This document shows positions 59,080 through 64,000 of a DNA stretch of 64,000 nucleotides, in pieces; within the stretch, counting starts at the first letter, position 1; each line of letters starts with the position of its first letter. The position numbers and the translations under genes were made by a program. Under the pieces are notes generated by a model. It was given only the letters and a program-made list of their open reading frames with translations. It ran no database searches and had not been told where the DNA came from. The DNA comes from an uncultured Bacteroidales bacterium. Its GTDB lineage: Bacteria; Bacteroidota; Bacteroidia; Bacteroidales; Paludibacteraceae. The DNA is taken from assembly GCA_900317885.1 (NCBI GenBank), contig ONIM01000006.1:6975-70974 (forward strand), in the 5' to 3' direction.

Positions 59080-60990
59080 ATGGATAAAAACACCTGGATC
59101 GGCTTTTTACTGATAGCCGCAATTATCGTTGGTTTTACGATGCTCAACCGACCCTCCAAAGAGGAACTGGCGCATCGCCAACACGTACAAGACTCAATTA
59201 ACGCAGCCCGTCTCCTCGAAGCGGAGACACAACGTATTTCCGACTCCCTGCAGATGGTCGTTGCTCAGACGCAACAGAGTGAGACCATCGTTACCGAGGA
59301 GCAGATACAGGAACGGCTCCAAGCCGCTTATGGCACTTTTGCTGTAGCAGCACAAGGGGAAGAGCAGTATATTACCCTCGCAAACGAGCATCTGAAACTG
59401 ACACTCTCCACCTTAGGCGGTCGCATTGAGCGCGCGGAGTTATTGGAGTACCATGCTTCGGGCGACAGCATCAACCCGCTCTGCCTCTTCCGCGCAGATG
59501 AGAGTGCCTTCGGTCTGACCCTTATTACCGCCAACAACCGTATTCTGCAGACCGCTAACTTGTACTTCACACCGGTAAAAAGCGAGGAACCCAACAAAGC
59601 TATCCTTCGTCTGCCAACCTCCACTTCGGATGCCTATTTAGATTTTATCTATGAGCTCTCCGAGGACTACATGGTACACCTCTCCGTAGCTCCGCATAAC
59701 ATGCAGACCGAACTGGCGCAGAACGTCAATTCGCTCGAGCTACAATGGCGCCAACTCATCCCGCAACAAGAGCAGGGACGTAAGTTTGAGGAGCGTTACG
59801 CGCAGCTGCAATACATGCTCGTAGGCGGCGAGATGGAGAAACTGAGTGAGAGTAAGGACGACAGCCAGAAAGAGTCCGCGCGCGTCAAATGGATCGGTTA
59901 CAAGGACCAGTTCTTCTCTACCGTCCTCATCGCCGACGATGCGTTCACCTCAACGGAACTCCACTCAACCCTGCAAGGCAAACATTCCGGCTACATTAAG
60001 GAGTACACCGCGCAGACCTCTGTACCGTTTGACCTCACGGGAAAGACCCCGACAGGCTTCCGATTCTACTGCGGTCCGAACCATTACCACACGCTCAAGG
60101 CCTACGACGAAGGCAAAGAGAAAGAGGATCGCTTGTATCTCAACAAGCTGGTACCATTAGGATGGAAGATCGTGAGCTGGATCAACACAGCGCTCGTCAT
60201 TCCTATGTTTGACCTCTTCACCAGCTGGGGGCTCCACATCGGTATAGTAATCCTCTTAATGACCATCGTGATCAAACTAATCATCCTGCCGTTTGTATTC
60301 GTTTCCTATAAATCCAGCGCAAAGATGCGCGCATTGAAGCCGCAGATTGATGCTATCAACGAGAAATACCCGGCAGAGAAAATGCAAGAACGCCAGCAGG
60401 CTACCATGCAACTCTACCAGCAAGCAGGAGTCAGCCCTATGTCCGGCTGTCTGCCGATGCTCTTCCAGTTCCCCGTCTTGATGGCAATGTTCTGGTTCTT
60501 GCCGACAGCTATCGAGCTCCGAGGCAAATCACTGTGGTGGGCAGAGGACCTCTCTACGTACGACGCCGTCTTCCATTGGGGCTTTAACATCCCCCTCTTG
60601 GGCGACCACCTGTCCCTCTTCTGTCTCTTGATGACCATCTGTAACATCGCTTACACCTATATCACGATGCAATCGCAGGCTACAGACCCGAACATGAAGT
60701 TCATGAAGTACATGATGTACGCGATGCCGCTCATGTTCCTCTTCATCTTCAATGACTACGCAGCAGGTCTGAGCTACTACTACCTCGTTTCGCTCTTCTT
60801 CACGATCTTGCAAACGATGATCTTCCGCTGGACACTCAATGATGAGAAGATGTTGGCGGAGATGGAGGCGAATAAAAAGAAAAAAGCCGGAAAACCTAAG
60901 TCCGGCTTTATGGAGCGTTTGGAGAAGATGCAACGCGAGCAACAACGCTTAGCTCGCGAGCAGGCCAAAGCGGCTAATAAGCGTAGATAA
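59080..60990 (+). CDS. yidC: Membrane protein insertase YidC
   Basis: N-terminal TM helix, large periplasmic domain, C-terminal 60-kDa IMP core (PMSGCLPMLFQFPVLMAMFWF), Lys/Arg-rich tail. 636 aa. Confidence 0.94.
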   Translation: MDKNTWIGFLLIAAIIVGFTMLNRPSKEELAHRQHVQDSINAARLLEAETQRISDSLQMVVAQTQQSETIVTEEQIQERLQAAYGTFAVAAQGEEQYITLANEHLKLTLSTLGGRIERAELLEYHASGDSINPLCLFRADESAFGLTLITANNRILQTANLYFTPVKSEEPNKAILRLPTSTSDAYLDFIYELSEDYMVHLSVAPHNMQTELAQNVNSLELQWRQLIPQQEQGRKFEERYAQLQYMLVGGEMEKLSESKDDSQKESARVKWIGYKDQFFSTVLIADDAFTSTELHSTLQGKHSGYIKEYTAQTSVPFDLTGKTPTGFRFYCGPNHYHTLKAYDEGKEKEDRLYLNKLVPLGWKIVSWINTALVIPMFDLFTSWGLHIGIVILLMTIVIKLIILPFVFVSYKSSAKMRALKPQIDAINEKYPAEKMQERQQATMQLYQQAGVSPMSGCLPMLFQFPVLMAMFWFLPTAIELRGKSLWWAEDLSTYDAVFHWGFNIPLLGDHLSLFCLLMTICNIAYTYITMQSQATDPNMKFMKYMMYAMPLMFLFIFNDYAAGLSYYYLVSLFFTILQTMIFRWTLNDEKMLAEMEANKKKKAGKPKSGFMERLEKMQREQQRLAREQAKAANKRR

Positions 60991-61446
60991 CTCGTTATCT
61001 ACGAGTTGCTTTCCCTCCGGAGAGAGCGTCACACCGTCTTGCTCGAGGAGTTGCTCGTAATGAGCGCTCGCGAGCATAGGCGAAGTGATATCAATAATAT
61101 GCACGCATTGTTGCGCAGCAAGGCGGAAGAGCGATAAGTTATAGAGCGCGTGGATATTACGCAAACGCTCGGTCTTACCGCCAAGCCAATATAAAAGGTT
61201 CTTGCGTTCCTGCATCGACATGCCACGCGTGATAAAGGCGAAATAGCGATTCTCGTCCATAATAGGCAGACTAACCAAAACAGGTTCTTGCCCGTGTGCG
61301 CGCGCTTGCGCAATCCTATTAGTATATTGCGCTTTGTAAGCCACTAAATCCATTACAGGCACATGTTGTCCACTGGGATTCGCAGCGATCTCTTGCCAGT
61401 TGTACTGCAAGCCGCTCTCTGGCTGAATAATAAGGGTCTTGTCCAT
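60949..61446 (-). CDS. Hypothetical protein (165 aa)
   Basis: Clean ORF starting MDKTLIIQPESGLQYNWQEIA. No signal peptide. Family not recognised. The 3' end overlaps yidC by 42 nt (convergent). Confidence 0.55.
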   Translation of the reverse strand: MDKTLIIQPESGLQYNWQEIAANPSGQHVPVMDLVAYKAQYTNRIAQARAHGQEPVLVSLPIMDENRYFAFITRGMSMQERKNLLYWLGGKTERLRNIHALYNLSLFRLAAQQCVHIIDITSPMLASAHYEQLLEQDGVTLSPEGKQLVDNELSTLISRFGLLAS

Positions 61447-61756
61447 AAATATAGTGATTTAATAAGTTAATTACTTAAAGATTAATAACTAAATAAATAA
61501 TTACTGCCGGTATTTGTAAGCAATAAATCGCCACCAGCGCGTCCATTCCAATTCGTTTAACCGTTTTCATATGCGTTTGAATTTAAATAGATAATACAAT
61601 GTTGATTTAAAAACGGTGCAAAATTACTGCTTTTTCACAACCCTGGCAACTAATTGTGATTAGGGACTAAAAATAGTGATAAAACAAGCCACTTTGACGG
61701 CTAAAACGTAAATATAGGGACGAAAATCGGATACTTCCCATTTCGTCACTCTAACA

Positions 61757-62560
61757 ATGGAGATTAAAATTATGACAAAAATTCCATCATCATTACTCTC
61801 ATTGACCACATTATTGTTACATGTGTTCGTTCTGCCGGTATTCTTCCTGAGTTTCATCCTGATATACGAGAGTCAATGGATGACGGAGTTTCTGGACGCA
61901 GGTTTGGGGACAATCTTCAACGTCTTGATGCTCTCCAGCATCTTAATCGGAATCATGGCAATCTCTCGTACCACGATGATGGTTGTAGGAAAGGGACATC
62001 AGTTCAGCTGGTGGCAGTACAGCTTGTGGTCCTTCGCTGAAGTGATCATCTTTTCCTGCTTCGCTGCGCTGTATATGGCGTTGATATACGGGGATTACGG
62101 ATATTTTCCGGCTTTAGCACAATGTCTCCGTCTCTCGTTTGCTATCCTGCCCTATTTATACATCATCATGGCATTGCTCTTTGCGTTGATTTATCCGGAT
62201 GAAGAGGAGGCATCAGAGGAAGATCTGGTACGATTTACAGATAGTACCGGACGACTGAAATTAGTGATCGCGCACGATGTACTGCTATATATAGAAGCGA
62301 AAGAGAATTATATCTCCATTCATTATTTGGAAGGAGACAAGTTAAAGGAATACTCGTTGCGCCAGACGATGCGCGGGATAGAAGACCTCATGACCAAACA
62401 TGGAATCATCCGTTGTCAGCGGTCATACTTCGTCAATCCCCGTCATGTGACGGTACTAAGACGCGATAAAGAAGGATTTATTCAAGCGGAACTGGATAGT
62501 ACCAACAAACCCGTACCTGTTTCACCTAAATACTACGAGCAGTTAAGCAAGATGCTCTAA
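61757..62560 (+). CDS. Membrane-anchored LytTR-domain DNA-binding protein
   Basis: About 4 N-terminal TM helices, then LytTR-like VLLYIEAKENYISIHYLEGDK...IIRCQRSYFVNPRHV. The start could instead be the Met 6 codons downstream. Confidence 0.8.
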   Translation: MEIKIMTKIPSSLLSLTTLLLHVFVLPVFFLSFILIYESQWMTEFLDAGLGTIFNVLMLSSILIGIMAISRTTMMVVGKGHQFSWWQYSLWSFAEVIIFSCFAALYMALIYGDYGYFPALAQCLRLSFAILPYLYIIMALLFALIYPDEEEASEEDLVRFTDSTGRLKLVIAHDVLLYIEAKENYISIHYLEGDKLKEYSLRQTMRGIEDLMTKHGIIRCQRSYFVNPRHVTVLRRDKEGFIQAELDSTNKPVPVSPKYYEQLSKML

Positions 62561-63631
62561 CGAATTAACGAGCATTCCGCAGGCAGCGAGGATATCTTCT
62601 CCGCGGGAACGACGGATGGTTGTAGTGATGCCGTTAGCGGTCAGATAATCTCTTAACCACTCCATCTGTTTCTCATTGGAAGCCGGGAAATGCCGGCTTT
62701 CTTTATTGGTGGTTGCAACCTCCTCCACGCCTTCGTGGAACCGAATGAGATTGATGCGGCAGGGCAAACCACGCAAGAGCCGGATCAGTTCCTTCGCGTG
62801 GCGAGGGGTATCATTCTGCCCCGCCCAGCAGATATACTCAAAGCTGACGCGCCGCTGATGTGCCCAGTCGTAGTTCTTGAGTAGTTTCACCACCTCGGTT
62901 ATGGAGAATATCTTCTCCGCCGGCATGATCTCTGCACGCTCTGCGGGAAAAGGATTATGCATCGATACAGCAAGATGGCACTCGCTCTCTTCTATAAAGC
63001 GCTTCATTGCCGGAACACCGACCGTAGAGACAGTAATTCGTTTGGGAGACCATGCGCAACCATAAGGCGCTGTCAGTACATCCAACGCCCGAAGTACCTC
63101 ATCGATATTATCCATCGGTTCACCTTCACCCATCAGGACTAAATTTGACAAGGTTGAGAGGCCGTTTTCCGCGGCCATTTGGTCTATCTCGAAGACTTGG
63201 TTCAGGATCTCCCCCGCCGTGAGATGGCCATGAAAGCCCAAGGTTCCTGTCATGCAGAACCGGCAGCCCATCTTACACCCTGCCTGAGTCGAGACGCATA
63301 GCGTTGCCCGGTCGTCCTCGGGGATATATACTGTTTCTATGAAACAGGATTGATGATTGGAGATTGGAGATTGGAGATTGGAGACTTCAAAGAGGTACTT
63401 ACGCGTACCATCTTGACTGACGGCTTCTCGGACGGGTGCATGCCGACCGACGGTATAGTTCGCTTTGAGCGCCTCACGACCTTTGAGGGAGATATTCGTC
63501 ATCTCCTCAAAGCTACGCACGCGACGCACATAAAGCCATTCCGCCAGCTGTTTGCCGGCGAACTTCTGCAGCCCCACAGCGAGGGCGACTTCTTGCAGTT
63601 CAGCTAATGTTTTTCCTAAGAGTGTCTCCAC
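62543..63631 (-). CDS. rlmN: 23S rRNA/tRNA (adenine-C2)-methyltransferase RlmN (radical SAM)
   Basis: GTG start directly after the upstream TAA. CKMGCRFCMTG cluster, GMGEP-like MGEGEPMDN, C-terminal ACGML. 362 aa. Confidence 0.93.
   Translation of the reverse strand: METLLGKTLAELQEVALAVGLQKFAGKQLAEWLYVRRVRSFEEMTNISLKGREALKANYTVGRHAPVREAVSQDGTRKYLFEVSNLQSPISNHQSCFIETVYIPEDDRATLCVSTQAGCKMGCRFCMTGTLGFHGHLTAGEILNQVFEIDQMAAENGLSTLSNLVLMGEGEPMDNIDEVLRALDVLTAPYGCAWSPKRITVSTVGVPAMKRFIEESECHLAVSMHNPFPAERAEIMPAEKIFSITEVVKLLKNYDWAHQRRVSFEYICWAGQNDTPRHAKELIRLLRGLPCRINLIRFHEGVEEVATTNKESRHFPASNEKQMEWLRDYLTANGITTTIRRSRGEDILAACGMLVNSLEHLA
63348..63382 (+). repeat. 7-nt tandem array x5 (GATTGAT, GATTGGA x4) in frame in rlmN
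   Basis: Read directly. Translated on the minus strand as SNLQSPISNHQS. Confidence 0.93.
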
Positions 63632-64000
63632 TTATTCATTATTAAGCATCGTGACATCCATGTGCGGATATGCGAAGGTGAAGCCTTGCGGCGGGAGTTC
63701 GGTATAGAAACGCTCCTGGAGCGCAAAGAATACATCCCAGTAATCGTTCGCCCTTACCCACACGCGTACCACGAAAGTAATATCGTTTTCGTTCAGACTC
63801 TTGAGCGCCACAAAGGGTGCGGGGATAGCGTCCATCCGATAGTTAACGGTCGAGAGCTGGTATGCGGATATATTGAGTTCTTTATAGAGTTTCTTCATGT
63901 CGGTGTCTGCCTGCAGGACACGCGGTTCGGAGTTGACGATTGTCAGAATCGCCGCTTTGCATTTCGCGGCATCCACGCCGTACGAGACGCTCACATTCCA
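63632..64000 (-). CDS. Mechanosensitive ion channel (MscS family), C-terminal part only (gene runs off the window)
   Basis: The ORF is open to the window end. C-terminal domain pattern ITFVVRVWVRANDYWDVFFALQERFYTEL...FAYPHMDV. Confidence 0.7.
   Translation of the reverse strand, partial: WNVSVSYGVDAAKCKAAILTIVNSEPRVLQADTDMKKLYKELNISAYQLSTVNYRMDAIPAPFVALKSLNENDITFVVRVWVRANDYWDVFFALQERFYTELPPQGFTFAYPHMDVTMLNNE

Overview
This window reads as a Bacteroidota (Bacteroidales-type) chromosomal segment. The supporting evidence is a SusC/SusD pair, three proteins with T9SS C-terminal sorting domains, the Bat aerotolerance operon, and repeated TAnnTTTG -7 promoter boxes. About 50 protein genes and one tRNA are supported.

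Gene order, left to right:
- mazG (partial), a lipoprotein, tRNA-Leu(TAG) and an M16 peptidase.
- A SusC/SusD locus carrying a Big_2 lipoprotein and a T9SS-sorted M6 metalloprotease.
- The dcw cluster mraZ-rsmH-ftsL-ftsI-murE-mraY-murD, which stops abruptly after murD.
- A DAHP synthase/chorismate mutase fusion with no canonical start codon, a DUF5686-like CarboxypepD_reg protein and a beta-barrel OMP.
- A 2288-aa cadherin-like/T9SS surface protein.
- A minus-strand operon that ends in a radical SAM/SPASM enzyme and encodes a family of small lipoproteins.
- moxR-DUF58-batABCDE.
- rimP-nusA-infB plus a lipoprotein gene.
- mfd, kdsB, deoD, an OMP and yidC.
- A membrane LytTR protein, rlmN and a partial mscS.

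No CRISPR array, transposase, integrase or prophage genes were seen.

Two things stand out:
1. The rSAM/SPASM-lipoprotein operon, whose five lipoproteins share a YG-x-P motif next to the lipidation Cys.
2. A very high density of short sequence elements. One kind is a GC-rich palindromic element inserted in frame in rsmH (twice), murE and the rSAM gene. The other kind is tandem mini-arrays with 7, 8, 9, 11 or 14-nt periods. These arrays sit exactly on gene junctions, where they supply stop and start codons, or sit in frame inside housekeeping genes (murD, murE, rimP, mfd, rlmN, batD, batE, DUF58, M16).

All calls come from reading the sequence and the ORF track. No database search was run.
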